Source: a virus
IMG/VR virus record: IMGVR_UViG_3300013102_000002
Coordinates: 96,001 to 160,000 of that record
Reading direction: 5' to 3' (one strand)
DNA: 64,000 nucleotides
Made by a program: the position numbers and the translations under genes. Below the pieces are notes generated by a model, which worked only from the letters and a program-made list of their open reading frames with translations, was not told where the DNA came from and made no database searches. Positions 17,615-30,174 of this stretch are shown piece by piece. How positions within the stretch are numbered: position 1 is the first letter of the stretch; each line of letters opens with the position of its first letter.

Positions 17615-19042
17615 AAGAACTTATGGCTTACGTAAACATGATTAAAGATGTTCTGGATCGTGAATATGGGAAAGAAGTTATCTTCTATAGTGAAGGAGAG
17701 TGGTATTCAAGAGACCACTCTAGAAATATTACTGTTGAAGAACTAAGAGAATACCTGCTACAGCAAACATATAAAGGTGAGGATGCTTATTGAGTCTTAA
17801 TGAATTCATCATTTCACGGAGAAAGGGAGAGGTAACATGAACGAATTTGAAGAATTAAAAGAGTATGAAGAGGATTATTTAAAAAGTAATTGGTCTCGTA
17901 TGGACTTATTTTTAGCAGAAAAAATTAAAATGCAAAGTAGTGAGTTGGAGAACTTGAGGAAGTTTTATAGTTATTTTCGTGAATTGTATGGCGAAGGTCT
18001 GGAGGTAGCAAATTGGCACAAAAACGGAGATCTGGAACCATTTGATAACCTCTTTGATTCCGCCGAAGAGTGATAAAATAAAACTTTTATGAGGAGATGA
18101 GAAAAATATGAATATTAAACAAGTAGAAAAAATTAATGATTATTCAGCATGTACCGGAGACTTGCTTCTAACTAAAGATTCTAATGGGACAGAGCAATAT
18201 TTATTATTTTGCGAATCTGATGCAAGTATAGTCTTTGACGAAGAAAGATTCAGCAAATTTTATTTTGTAAATATTAAATCAGGGTATATGTTTGAACAAG
18301 AATTGCATAGCGACGATGAAATTAAAGTGGGAACTAAGATTAATGGGTGTGGAGCAATTATTAAGATCGTACCCAGTGATGATATCGAAGTGTTATTGCA
18401 CGAGTCTAAATATAATTAAATTTTGATTAATAGTTGAGAGGAGAAGGAGTTATTGAAATTAATCAACTATCTTTTAGAAACTGACAAAGAAATTGAAACA
18501 TATGAAATGGCTGCTAGTTTTCATGAGATGGAAGTTGAAGATTACATTAAAACTGGATATTGCCCTTCGGCATTTACTGTTTTTATAAATACAGTCTACA
18601 GTAAACCACTTGTTGCCGATAAAAAGCACAAAGATTCGTGTAAATATTCCAATCTAGAGGATCAAGATAAATGTAATGAATGTTGGAGCAGAAATATTCT
18701 TTTTGTTACTAAGTAAAAATTAGAAAACATACATATGAAAGTGGGAAATAATAATGGCAAACCTGTTACCAGAAGAAAAAGAAACAGTATGCACTACGGA
18801 TGAAGAGAGCAAGGTTTGGAAAATCTATTCCATGTCAAAACCGAAGATTACGAAAATGCTTAAAGCTGGGTTTGTTCCAGTAAAAGTTGACGAAGAGGGC
18901 GGTCACTTCTTTGAAGTAGAGGATAATCAAGTTTCATTCAGAGCAAAAAGTACACGAGTTGTGAGCCAAGAACAGAAAGATGCTGCTTCAGAACGGTTTA
19001 AACAAATGTGGAAAGATAAACTCAATCAAGAGGAGGTTTAAT

Positions 19043-19411
19043 ATGGACGCTGAAACTAAAGTAAGAACCGATTCTCAACGGTTAAAGATTCTCAATCTGC
19101 TACGGTCTGCCGGAACAAGCGGCGTAACTATTGTGGATTTAGCCAAGATTGCCAAACGCTATAACGCACGTATTCAAGAAATGTACGTTGAAGGGTATGA
19201 GATCAAGGTCGAAGATTTGGGTGGAGGTTTGACTAAATACACACTGGTAAAAGAGCCTGAAACAAAGAAAAGTAAACCAGAGAAGGCATTAAATGTTCTG
19301 ATTGAAGGTATTAAGAATAAATATAATGGTAATTTGAGTGTTGAACAATTGATTGAAGAGTTGAATAATAACAATTTTACAGTGAGACGGAATATCGGAA
19401 CGTTTTGCTAA
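19043..19411 (+). CDS. Winged-HTH domain protein
   Basis: SQRLKILNLLR...GVT..DL.....YNARIQEM...GYEI; start after GAGGAGG. Confidence 0.65.
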   Translation: MDAETKVRTDSQRLKILNLLRSAGTSGVTIVDLAKIAKRYNARIQEMYVEGYEIKVEDLGGGLTKYTLVKEPETKKSKPEKALNVLIEGIKNKYNGNLSVEQLIEELNNNNFTVRRNIGTFC

Positions 19412-21776
19412 AATAAAGGAGAGATTAGATGAAGAAAATAAAAGTTATCTGTAACAAATGCGGAAAATCAATCAAACGCTCTTATGATGAAGACTTTAAA
19501 ACAATCAATCTGGATTTTGGGTATGAGAGTAGTTTTGACGGAGAGACTTGGAGTTTCGATCTGTGCGATGATTGCTTAGAGGAGATGATTAAAACATTTA
19601 AATATCCTCCGTCTGGATTTAAAATTGATAATCATTTATTACTAGATGATGACATGCATCAGAGAGTGTTTGAAGACTGGAAGATAACTGGCGAATGGGA
19701 AGATTTAAAATATCATACATATGAACAGTTAGTAGATCTAAACGGTTATATGAGCGCAGGATACTTAAACACATATATCGAAAAGTATCACAAATTAATG
19801 CCCATGCTAGAAAATAATGATATTTAGTTTTGATCAAAGGAGAACTTATATGGGGAATGATCCAACCGTACTAGGAGCTGTCGATATAGTTAAGCTTGAA
19901 CTCGAAGAATTGGTTAGCAAGGGCGAAATAGCAAAAAGTTATTTAGATGAAGTTCTTTACGCTGAAAGAGATTACAAAAAAGGATTTAAAGACATTCCTG
20001 AAATGATCGAATTGATTAATGACATTGCTCTGTTTTGCAGGGGCACCAGAGAGGATGTTGATGATGATTTGTAATAATACACACTGTTTATGGAATGCTT
20101 ATGCAATGTGCTGTCACGAGAGCAAAGAAGGTTATGCAGCAGCAACACCTAATGAGTTGGATTGTTCATCATCACTACGTAAGGACTTTCAGGAGTCAAT
20201 GTATCAAATGATGGATGAAATTGATGAAATGATGATTAAGAGAAAGTTTATTGAGTTAGTTCAAATACATAAATTTGTAAGAGATCAAAGAAAAGTTGAT
20301 AAAGTCTAAATTTCGTGAAGAAAGGATGACTATTAATAATGAAATTTAAGCGCATCGCACAGACAGATATTGAAGCCACAACCGGAGACTTACTAATTAT
20401 TGAGTCAGAGGAAAGTGCTGAGTACTTTTTATTTTCTGAAAACAATAAACAGCCAGATGAAAAAGGCGTAGACGGAGTTGTTTTTACAGAGCTTAAGACT
20501 GGTATCTCATATGTAAAAATTATTCCAAGTTCATTGCCTATTAAAAAAGGAACACTTATTGATGATATTGGAATAATAAGAGAGGTTATTACTCAAGAAA
20601 AAATTGAAATATCGTTTTAAAACAAATTCACTAAGAATGGGAGATAGTTAATGTATAGCGAACCAGATTACTACGATTATGAACGTGAACCCTCAGAAAT
20701 TGAAAATGTGTTTTCAACTATGGTTGAAGCTGAAGTGACTAAGCGTACATCAAAGTATTTTGAAAAAATGAAACAGTTAGAAGACCAACACCTGACCGAT
20801 GTTAAAAAAGTGCTTGAAATCAAAAACGAGAGAGATGAGTTGAAAAAGACTCACAAACAAAGTGAATCATTCAGTGTATTTAAATCACAGATCAATGATA
20901 AAAATATTGAGAATGTAGTATCATTCTTGAATCTTAATGAAGTTAAAATTGATTTTAACGGAATGGATAGTGAGCGAATTCCATCATGGTTTAAATTGAT
21001 TGCAAAGTATTATCCAGATCGAGACAAAATCTTCTCATTATTGGATTTGTTTGAAATAAAATATCCTGATTGGGCAAAGTCATTTAAGATGCCGTTTGAT
21101 TATGGAGAGAAAGAACTGGATCTAATTTTCTTAAAACTTGGAAGGATGTATGTGTGTAATGGTTGCATATTTGATGGAAATATGGGGTTCTTCTATACTA
21201 ATTATTCTAGATATAAAGATATTAACATTTTATTTGATAAAGAATCTTCTGTTGGAATTCCGTGGAATCTATTCTTACAGAACAAACTTCTTACGACAGA
21301 AAAGTACTTTGATAAGATCATACAGGCATTTAAAGACAAAGAGAGACATTCTGTATATTTTTATAAGATTCAAGATTATCAAGAGTTGGTTCCAGAGCAA
21401 GCAGAAAGATTGTTTGATTTTCTACCGATGAATAATCTCTACGACATTCATAAAATGTTCATTGAGTTGAATACGGACATTATTAAAAAGAAACCAGAAT
21501 TAGCGAATACATATAAAGATAAGATGAGCGACAATCAGTACTCAAGTTTTTATTATTTGAACTTTCCTGTTGAAATGCAAAAAGACTTTATCAGAAATTA
21601 CAGGGGGATGGGGAGATATGAGTCTAAATTTGATCTTATAAAAAAGATGAACATCTCCAAGGAGGATAAACTAGTGTTTCTGCAAGAGATTAATGAACAA
21701 ATGTTAAGTAATAAATAAACTTCATAAATGATAGGTTTTATTATAACAAAAATACATATAAAAGGAGAAATAATTA

Positions 21777-22445
21777 ATGGAAGCATATGAATATCAAAAC
21801 GAAGTAAATGAACTAATTGAGGATCAAGACGAACTATCTTATATTATCCAGGATGAGACATGGAAGGTACTAGACCTAGCAACTGCTGTATGGGTAGATG
21901 AGAAAATCCATGAACGAGAAGTCAAGATTGCAGAAGTTGAAAAAGTTGCAGATGATAATATTACTGCACTGGAAGCGAAGATCGAGAAACTGAAGGCGTG
22001 GAAAGATGCTTCTACAAAGGTAGATAAGGATCGAATTACATTCTTCAAAGAACATCTACATATTTGGCATAGTAAATTGATTGATTGCGAAAAGCAAATA
22101 AATGAAGAGTTGATTGCTAAAGGTAAAAAAGAGAAGAAACTGAGCCTCACTGTCAAATTGCCGTATCGTAATTTGACTTGTCGTAATCAGAGTCCAGAAA
22201 TTATTATCAATGGCAAAGACACTTTGAACGCCAAAAAAGATGAAACGTTTGTTAAATACGTAAAAGAGAACAGTCCACAATACATTAAAACAACCGAAGA
22301 AGTTAAGTGGTCAGAATATAAAGACAGCCTCAATACAAGTGTGATCGATGGTGAGTTAATGTATGTAGATGAAAACGGCAGTCCAATTGAATTTATTAAA
22401 CTTCAACAACGTGGAGAAAAGTATGATTGGAAACTGACTGAATAA
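21777..22445 (+). CDS. gam: Mu Gam-like host-nuclease inhibitor
   Basis: WKVLDLATAVW..EKI, coiled coil, TVKLPY..L..R, YIKT.EEVKW. Confidence 0.75.
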   Translation: MEAYEYQNEVNELIEDQDELSYIIQDETWKVLDLATAVWVDEKIHEREVKIAEVEKVADDNITALEAKIEKLKAWKDASTKVDKDRITFFKEHLHIWHSKLIDCEKQINEELIAKGKKEKKLSLTVKLPYRNLTCRNQSPEIIINGKDTLNAKKDETFVKYVKENSPQYIKTTEEVKWSEYKDSLNTSVIDGELMYVDENGSPIEFIKLQQRGEKYDWKLTE

Positions 22446-22543
22446 TTTAATGAATAAAAATATGTACATAACAAAAACAACGTGGTATAATGACATTAGA
22501 TAAGTCGTTATACCACGTTTTATTGTGAGGAGGGAAAATACAT

Positions 22544-22774
22544 ATGCGTAAACTTGGCGAAGATTTTGAAAAGTTAATGGAGGAAGCCAAAGAGATACCT
22601 GGAGTTAAAGAACGGTCGGAGAAACCGTTTCGTAAAAGCCGCGAAGAGATCCTTGAACTGGCAGACAAGTGGGGAATTGAATACGAATTGAATTCTGATA
22701 ATCCTGGATTCTTTGTTGAAGATAAAGACGGTGTAGTAAGGAAAGTGAGTATTGAAGATATATTGTTTTTATAA
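22544..22774 (+). CDS. Hypothetical protein with own promoter
   Basis: GAGGAGGG RBS; upstream -10 TATAAT lies inside a 16-bp inverted repeat. Confidence 0.65.
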   Translation: MRKLGEDFEKLMEEAKEIPGVKERSEKPFRKSREEILELADKWGIEYELNSDNPGFFVEDKDGVVRKVSIEDILFL

Positions 22775-22804
22775 AAAAACCTTGAAAGGGAGGTGATATA
22801 ATAA

Positions 22805-23983
22805 ATGTATAAATCAATCTACATTCCAGTAAAAGCAAATAAAGCAGATATAGTTTATCTTTTTCAAACCAGAAGATTATCTGCCGAAGTATGGAATTTA
22901 TGTGTCCAACTTGACAAATCAAATAGAAAAGAAACTGGAAAGTCTCTTACAATGTCAGAAATTCAAAAGTTAACAAAGAAATGTGTGGGGCTACATGCCA
23001 AAGGTATACATCATGTATCTCACAAATACCTATTTGCAAGAGACGCAATGTTTCGGTCTAGGGAGTCAGGTGTGGAAAGAGTCAGATTACCATATAAAAA
23101 TAAGCGATATTTCAATACTGGCTGGGACTACCAAAGTATAAAAATTGACTATGACAAGGGAATCATTTTTCTTGCTCGACAAAGTAGTATTGTTGACGGA
23201 AAAGTAAAAAGAAACCCCCGTGTAAAATGTTATGCAAGAACTATTCCAAAAAATATTGTAGAGATTGAATTAACGCACAAGGGGAAGTTGATGCTTTGTA
23301 TTAAGTACAAAGAAGAAGATTATCTCGAAGTTAAACGTGAGAATGAGGCATCTATTGATCTTGGTGAAATTCACGCAATAACATCTATGTGCAACAATAA
23401 GAACGGAGTTATAATTACTGGTCGAAAAATCCGAGAAATAAAACATCTAAGAAATAATAATTTATCCGTACTGCGTTCCAAAAGAAGCAAATGCACAAAG
23501 GGTAGTAGGCAGTATAGAAAATACTCTAGGGCAATTGCAAAATTACAGGTAAAAACAGATACCAGAGTAAATGACTGTGTTCACAAAGTTTCTAAACAAT
23601 ATCTTGATTTTTGTCTAACAAACAATATAGGCAAGGTTTATTATGGAGATCTTGATTCTGCCACACGCTCCACGAAGCAGAATAATAAAGGGAATAATCA
23701 CGTTAGACAGAAATTGAGTCAATGGAATTACGGTGAACTAATGCGGCAAGTAGAAAATAAACTAACTCGTCACGGAATCAAACTAGAAAAGGTCAAAGAA
23801 TATTATACCTCACAGAAGTGTCCACAATGTAAAACTCTGAATAAAGTTCATAACCGCGAATACAAATGTTCATGCGGATACAAGCAACACAGAGACATTG
23901 TAGGAGCAATAAATATACTTAATGACAATGGTGGATACTCAATAGTGAGATATGAAACAAAATTGTATCTGCAAATTGCTTAG
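22805..23983 (+). CDS. tnpB: TnpB RNA-guided endonuclease (IS200/IS605/IS607 family), no TnpA nearby
   Basis: RuvC-I SIDLG, RuvC-II region YYGDL, EYYTSQKCPQC...CSCG Zn finger, RuvC-III HRDIVGAINI. Confidence 0.92.
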   Translation: MYKSIYIPVKANKADIVYLFQTRRLSAEVWNLCVQLDKSNRKETGKSLTMSEIQKLTKKCVGLHAKGIHHVSHKYLFARDAMFRSRESGVERVRLPYKNKRYFNTGWDYQSIKIDYDKGIIFLARQSSIVDGKVKRNPRVKCYARTIPKNIVEIELTHKGKLMLCIKYKEEDYLEVKRENEASIDLGEIHAITSMCNNKNGVIITGRKIREIKHLRNNNLSVLRSKRSKCTKGSRQYRKYSRAIAKLQVKTDTRVNDCVHKVSKQYLDFCLTNNIGKVYYGDLDSATRSTKQNNKGNNHVRQKLSQWNYGELMRQVENKLTRHGIKLEKVKEYYTSQKCPQCKTLNKVHNREYKCSCGYKQHRDIVGAINILNDNGGYSIVRYETKLYLQIA

Positions 23984-24086
23984 AGCATGAGCAGTAAATG
24001 TGGACGTAAGCCACCACTTGAACATGAGTGTAGCCTATGGATTACGCATAGGAAATTGATTCTAGTGTTTCACTAGATGAAACCTT
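23984..24086 (+). ncRNA. Candidate omegaRNA scaffold / element right end
   Basis: Non-coding region after tnpB with stems GTGG..CCAC, CCTATG..CATAGG and TCTAGTG-TTT-CACTAGA. Confidence 0.55.
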
Positions 24087-25262
24087 ACGAAAGGCACGTT
24101 TTATCAAAACTTTAAGGAGGTAGTAACATGGATTATTTAGAAAATTTAAACATGCAATCTGAAATAAGTTCATTAAAAAGAAAATTAGAAGAATCGGAAG
24201 AACCGTCTTCTTCAACTCATGGAGCGATAATCTATGGTGAGATTAGAAGAAAAATCTATTACGGAGCGCATATATATAGCAGAGAAGGATCAATCACTAA
24301 AGTTGTTGATATGTCTATTTGCGAAGGAAGCGAGTTTGTTGAGTATAAAGAAATCTTCAGGGGAGACATTAGAAATCCAAGCCTTTCTGGAACAATAAAA
24401 TTAAATATTGAGGACGAGAAAACAGCATACATAAAAGATAAAGTAAGAGATATCAAAGGAAATTTTCTATACTATACCAATTATATTATTGAGACAGTCG
24501 AAGATGAAAAAACTACTAAGTCTTTTGAAAAATTCAACAATGAAAAAGATGAATTGTGCAGAAGAGCGAATGAGCGTCTAAGAAACGGATTTGAGGACTT
24601 TATTACTGATGAGGTAGTTACTAAAGAAAATTTTTGGAAACGATTGGTGAACATAATATTTAATGGGAAAGGAAGGTAGGCATGATTCCAACGTATACAA
24701 AAATCAAAGAAATGATTGAAGATGAGCGCCGTTCAATGCAAGAGAAGTACGGACACTATTGTAATTACGCACGAACACAAGGATATGAGCCAGTTACATA
24801 TACAGCGTTTAAAGAGTCAAGAAAATATTTTGAAGGTGGAATTAAGAAGTTGACTCATATTATTCATGGAGGGATTAAGAATGAAAATTAGTGATTTTAG
24901 TGTTCCTTGCGAAATTATTCAATTTAATTTGACAAATAAATATATTGAATTAAAGACAGAATATGAATCATTATGGTGCGAGTTGAACGAACTGATGAAG
25001 AGTCAATCAAAGTTATATGACCAAATCAAGGACACGGTAAGTCCGTTAGACAGATATGGTCATCGTTATGCTTATACATATGAAGATTTCAAAAAGCGCA
25101 AAGCGTGGCGTGATGTATTAGTGCTACAGGATGTAATTAATCAAGCCGTTGAAAATGAAGCTATGGTTCAGGAGATCAATATGAAGTATATTGGAGTTGG
25201 TGAAAAAATAAAAAACATTTATAAGAAGTGCGGACTAAATCCTAAATGGGTTTAAAAGGAGA

Positions 25263-25718
25263 ATGTTTATGATTAAAATTATTGAAGGAAATTTACTTGA
25301 AGCATCTGAAGATATTATTGGGCATCAGGTGAATTGTCAAGCAGTAATGGGATCTGGTATCGCCAAATCTCTCAGAGATAAATACTCTAATTTATACCCA
25401 TCCTATAAACAATTTTGCCAAAATCATAATCCACATGATTTGCTTGGCAAGTGCCATATCATTAAAACAGGGGAAAAATATACTGCCAACATATTTGGGC
25501 AGTTGAATTATGGCAGACAGAAAGTTAGATATACTGATTATGATGCTTTGAGGGAAGGTTTAATATCTCTTAAAGTTAGAGCAGTAAAACATAATTTAAG
25601 CGTTGCTCTTCCCTGGATGATTGGATGCGGATTGGCTAATGGAAGTTGGGATGTAGTTTATAAGATAATTGATGAGGTATTTGAGGATTGTGAAGTTACG
25701 TTATATAAACTGAATTGA
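25263..25718 (+). CDS. Macrodomain (TARG1/DarG-like ADP-ribose hydrolase)
   Basis: IIEGNLL...IGHQVNC..VMGSGIA, P.IGCGLA.G.W. Confidence 0.9.
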   Translation: MFMIKIIEGNLLEASEDIIGHQVNCQAVMGSGIAKSLRDKYSNLYPSYKQFCQNHNPHDLLGKCHIIKTGEKYTANIFGQLNYGRQKVRYTDYDALREGLISLKVRAVKHNLSVALPWMIGCGLANGSWDVVYKIIDEVFEDCEVTLYKLN

Positions 25719-28006
25719 GGAGATGGATTAAAAGATGAAAATAATTAAAACTGACAACTTTGACAGAGATTATGTAAGTGACAAATTAGTTTGTGAGAAC
25801 GTGAATCAGTATTATGGAAAACATATTGTTGATTTTTTGAACAATAAATTTTCCGGTGATAACAGTTCTGATTTCTATAAATTGGTCGAAGACGGTCAAG
25901 AATTATATGTGTGGGAGCCATAAAATGTATAAAAAATGGATAATCAGAGAGGGCAAAAAGTACCTCATTTCTATTGAAGAAGAAACCGTTATGGTTAGAA
26001 TTGGCGATTTCATCAAATTTAACATTGTTACAATTAAGAAAACTAGGATGTTATTTGGTTGGAAAATAATTTACAAGAATAAACATAAAGAGTCTACACT
26101 AACATTGAGCGAATTGGCTGAATTATCAATCGAGGATTGTTTTAAATGACACGATGAAATGCGTGTTTTATTAATAAATAAAAATATATAGGAGATGAAA
26201 TTATGGATAACGAACAAAAAGAACTACTTTTGAAGGAGAAAGAAGAATACAACTATGAATGTTTTGACTCGATGATGACTTCACTTTTTGATTTGGCAAG
26301 TGAATTACATGACAAATTAGAAGAAAACAAAGAACTGACCAGTGCAGAAGTAGAGTTTTTGTTGAGTTTTGATCTATATGTTGATTCGGCATGTGAACTC
26401 AGTGATTCAGAGGAGGAATTGAAAAATGTTCAGTAACGAAATTATTGTAAAAGGGAATTATGTATCTGGGACAATTAAGAAGAATGACGGCAATAAAGAT
26501 ACATCAAATCATCCATACATACTGCATAGCGGGTTAAATTTTGGTGGACGTGGAGGAACAACTTGGACTGCCGATAAAATGAGAGAAATTATAGTTGAAC
26601 TAGAAAATGTGATTATTGAAATGGATAAACAGAACGGAGTGAAGTAATGACACAGGAAGAATTCGATAAAAAGTGTAAGGAGCCAGTTGATCTTGATAAA
26701 GTACATGAGGCATTGAAACGATTCATCGATAAACGAGGAAGAATGAGTGTTCCAGTTAATCCAGATGATGACGATATGTTAATTTGTAGATTGATGATTG
26801 AAGTCGAGAAGCATAGAAAGATAGAGAAATCAAAGGAAGAAGTTTATGTGGTCCAGGGGAGAAGTGGAATTGTATTTTCTGCCACAAATAATTATGAGGA
26901 GGCTTTGAGGGTTAAGGATGGCTTGAACGAGATCGAAAGCGATAGAGGAAGAATGAATCACTGGGAAAACAATAAATGTGTTTTGCAGGATTGATATAAA
27001 AAACAAGATCAAATACATATTTAAACAAAAACAAGGAGTGGTTGTTTTGGAAACTAGATGGAGTTTTTATGGAGAAAATGTAAAAGAGAAACTAGTTCCG
27101 AGTTTAGAAAGATACGGATTAAAATATGTAGAGCCTGATGGAAAGAATCGAGAATTTTATAATTTGGATCTGATTAGTTATAAGCAATACGAAGATTTAG
27201 AAACATTAGCTGAGACACTCGACTTAGTATTGCGCATCAGACACGGAGCAGAATGGTTGGCATGTTTATATTATGATCTGAGCAAATGAACATTTCATAA
27301 TGAAAGGAAAGAATGATGAGGTGTATAACATGAGAGTTCCTGCCGAATCTTTAAAGAAGTCTCTTGAAGACATGAAACAAATTCGTCAAGGCAAACAACC
27401 TAGAAAAACGTGGGATGATTATTTAAAGGAACAAAAGGAAAATATGAAATCATCTGACACATTAATGAAGGGAATATGAGTAAAAAAAATACATAAAATC
27501 AAAGGAGAAAAAATGAAGGAACATCTCTTAAATGATATTGAAGCTATGGTTCTAGCGGCAAAGGGAGGACTTTGGACTGCCGAGTATGAGATGAAAGAAA
27601 GAGCATCGGTAATTATTCCAGAATTGTTGGATGCTTTAAAGTATGAAATGGGTAAAGATAAAGATACTTATTGGAGTAAAGAGAGTAGATACCAAGACAA
27701 GGTTTCAAAAGTATTTGCACAAGCAGATGAAATTAGAGAACTAAGGACCACCGTAGAAGAATTGCAACATCGACTAGATCGGATAATTAATGCTTCAGGT
27801 ATTAATTACATGTAGAAGAGGAGTTTTAAATTGAGTTGGTATTTAGTAATTGACCGTGAGGACGTAGTGATGGTTATAGAAAATGAACCGCAGATAAGTG
27901 AAGTCATCACAGATCAGGAAATAGGGAAAGTGTACACCGTATATGAGAAGTCAAAAGAAAGCAGGGTTGTTTTTGTGACCGAATACTTTAGAGAGGATGA
28001 AGAAAA

Positions 28007-28156
28007 ATGAAATTCAATTGGTTGAAACAACAGATTATTGTTCCTATCCCACTGTTTTTGAATGAGAACGGGATAGATAAGACTTCAGAATTGGTGAGTG
28101 TAGAAATACAAGGAGATAAAGTAGTCATTACCTACAAAGACGGTGATAAGCAATGA
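28007..28156 (+). CDS. 49-aa paralogue of 564..716
   Basis: GAGAGG RBS; MKFNWLKQQIIVPIPLFLNENGIDKTSELVSVEIQGDKVVITYKDGDKQ. Confidence 0.75.
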   Translation: MKFNWLKQQIIVPIPLFLNENGIDKTSELVSVEIQGDKVVITYKDGDKQ

Positions 28157-29057
28157 CCAAACCACATTCCTGTTTCAACTGTCACCACATCATTGATGAC
28201 TGCGAATATGGCGACTATGGAACCACCCTATCCACTCACTGGGAATGTGGCAAGCGCGGAGAAGAACTGCCAGAGGATGCAGACTTCCCGTTCGATATAG
28301 CACCAAAGGAATGCTTCAGGATGGATTTCTGGCACAGTGAGTTCTGCTTAGAACTGAAAGACGGAAGTCAAGAAGAAATGAACAAGGTGTATGCTAAATA
28401 TGAAGAATGGTGCAAACAGGAATACGCTGCTGTTTCAAACAAGTAGGCACGATGTGCAATCATTACTCTGCGAATGACATATGAAATAAATATATAATGT
28501 GATTAAAACAAACAATAAAATTTTTATCATTAATAAAACAAGAAGAAGAGGTGAAAAATGAAACAACACATATCTCCAATGCAAGCAAGAGAAGTGACAG
28601 AGGAGCAGTTTTATTCTTTTTATCCAGAGGGTGAATTAGTAAGGCGAAAAGATTGGGCTACATATCATCACAAGAAAATGACTATCGGTAAGATGATTGA
28701 GATCATGACTAATAAAGGACATAAGATAACCATTGATAACTGTACCCCATGCTCAGTTAAGGATTATATGATCGATAAAGAGTACTGCCAAATGAGCGTA
28801 TGCGATACGCTTTGGGATGCGGTCAAAGGTTGTATTTAAATAGATTTTAGAGGGGGATACACCAACTGTTGAATCTTTAGCGATGGACTATATGTTCTAT
28901 TCACAATATTTGAGAGAGGATGAGTGATAATAATGCCATATATGCCAGATTTACACTATTGCTGTGTATGCAAAGAATATCTGGGGCCAGATAATGGTGA
29001 TGGTATTTGTTTGGATTGTGATACTGAAGAAGAAATCAATATCGAGGAGGAAACTAA

Positions 29058-29420
29058 TTGACACTAACAAAAGAGGTGGTCCTAGCTCAAGTCCCAGGTA
29101 GAACACTTGATATAATGGTTGCCGAAGAAGTTATGGGATTCAGATATAAATATGTTGAGCGTTATAACGTGTTCATGTGGGTTAAATCGGAAACCGAATG
29201 TACTTCGTGGTTTCCAGCATCAACCGACATAGCTGTAGCATGGGAAGTTGTGGAGAAGATGAGAGAAATGGGCGTATATCTTAATATTCACGCCGATAAA
29301 GACACTTACTACGTTCTTGGATTAGTAAGTTCTGAATCTGCTCCGGAAGCAATTTGTAAGGCTGCTTTAATCGCAATCATATATATGAAAAATGATGCTA
29401 ATAATCGACAACCTGTATGA
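29058..29420 (+). CDS. Phage ABA-sandwich (BC1872-like) protein
   Basis: LD..VAE.VMG...STDIA.AW.VVEKM...APEAICKAAL. Confidence 0.75.
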   Translation: MTLTKEVVLAQVPGRTLDIMVAEEVMGFRYKYVERYNVFMWVKSETECTSWFPASTDIAVAWEVVEKMREMGVYLNIHADKDTYYVLGLVSSESAPEAICKAALIAIIYMKNDANNRQPV

Positions 29421-29423
29421 CAT

Positions 29424-29630
29424 TTATTCATACCAATCATTAAAGTCGTCTCTATAAAAAATTGGAGGGATGAAGCGAGTACTCCAACCACATTTTTCAC
29501 ATTTTAAAATAACTTCATTATTAACCATCATAGGTACTATCTTTCCGTGTACATAGACTGAACTACATCTCATCATTCTGTCATCATTTTTTTGGAATAT
29601 GTTTATTCTGTCAATTAAGATTTGGTTGTC
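29424..29630 (-). CDS. Reverse-strand Zn-ribbon small protein
   Basis: GGAGG RBS on minus strand before MDNQIL; C..H...CEKC. Confidence 0.6.
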   Translation of the reverse strand, partial: DNQILIDRINIFQKNDDRMMRCSSVYVHGKIVPMMVNNEVILKCEKCGWSTRFIPPIFYRDDFNDWYE

Positions 29631-29740
29631 CATAATACATCTTTCCTCCAAACGATCAAATTAATTAACTACATACAATTCTACACAAGAAAAAAATAAA
29701 TGCAAATTCTAAGATTGGGAAATTGTAGGAGGAATAAATC

Positions 29741-30163
29741 ATAAAAATACTTGAATGTTCATCCAAAGGAGATAAGCGTTTTTCTGCATTTTACGCTAAA
29801 GTTAAAGCATGGGGAAGATATGACAGTATAGAAAACCATTATCAACTCGCTAAACGATTTGGAGATTATAAACCTACATCATGGAAAGATGCCAAGGGAA
29901 AGCAACCAACGCATATTGAGTTGAATGGAAAGCAGTATGAATTACGCTTTCTGTCTCAATGGTATCAAATGCTATGGGTAAATTACCTGGATAACAATCC
30001 TGATCTGGTTGAATATGCAAAAGGATTTGATGAATTCAATGATATTTTCAAAGGTAAAAGTTTGAACTGTCAGGCTGACGTTGTGAGACAATACATAAAA
30101 CAAGGAAGGCAATCCCTGGTTGATGAGTACCAGGAGTTAATGGATTTGTTTAAGAAAAAATGA
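29741..30163 (+). CDS. NADAR-like protein with probable ATA start (140 aa)
   Basis: AGGAGG 8 nt before in-frame ATA at 29741; ILECSSKGDKRFSAFYA...SIENHYQLAK...AKGK...NCQA resembles DarT1-associated NADAR proteins. Confidence 0.6.
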   Translation: MKILECSSKGDKRFSAFYAKVKAWGRYDSIENHYQLAKRFGDYKPTSWKDAKGKQPTHIELNGKQYELRFLSQWYQMLWVNYLDNNPDLVEYAKGFDEFNDIFKGKSLNCQADVVRQYIKQGRQSLVDEYQELMDLFKKK

Positions 30164-30174
30164 AGATTTGAGAG

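Larger units (their letters stand above)
15485..21718 (+). other. Array of about 20 small accessory hypothetical ORFs
   Basis: Co-oriented ORFs with good RBSs (e.g. 15676, 16240, 16671, 17837, 18108, 18453, 18754, 19429, 20339, 20651). Confidence 0.75.
24128..28839 (+). other. Array of small accessory hypothetical ORFs
   Basis: Co-oriented ORFs with RBSs (24128, 24682, 25735, 26203, 26426, 26647, 27513, 28153, 28558). Confidence 0.7.
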
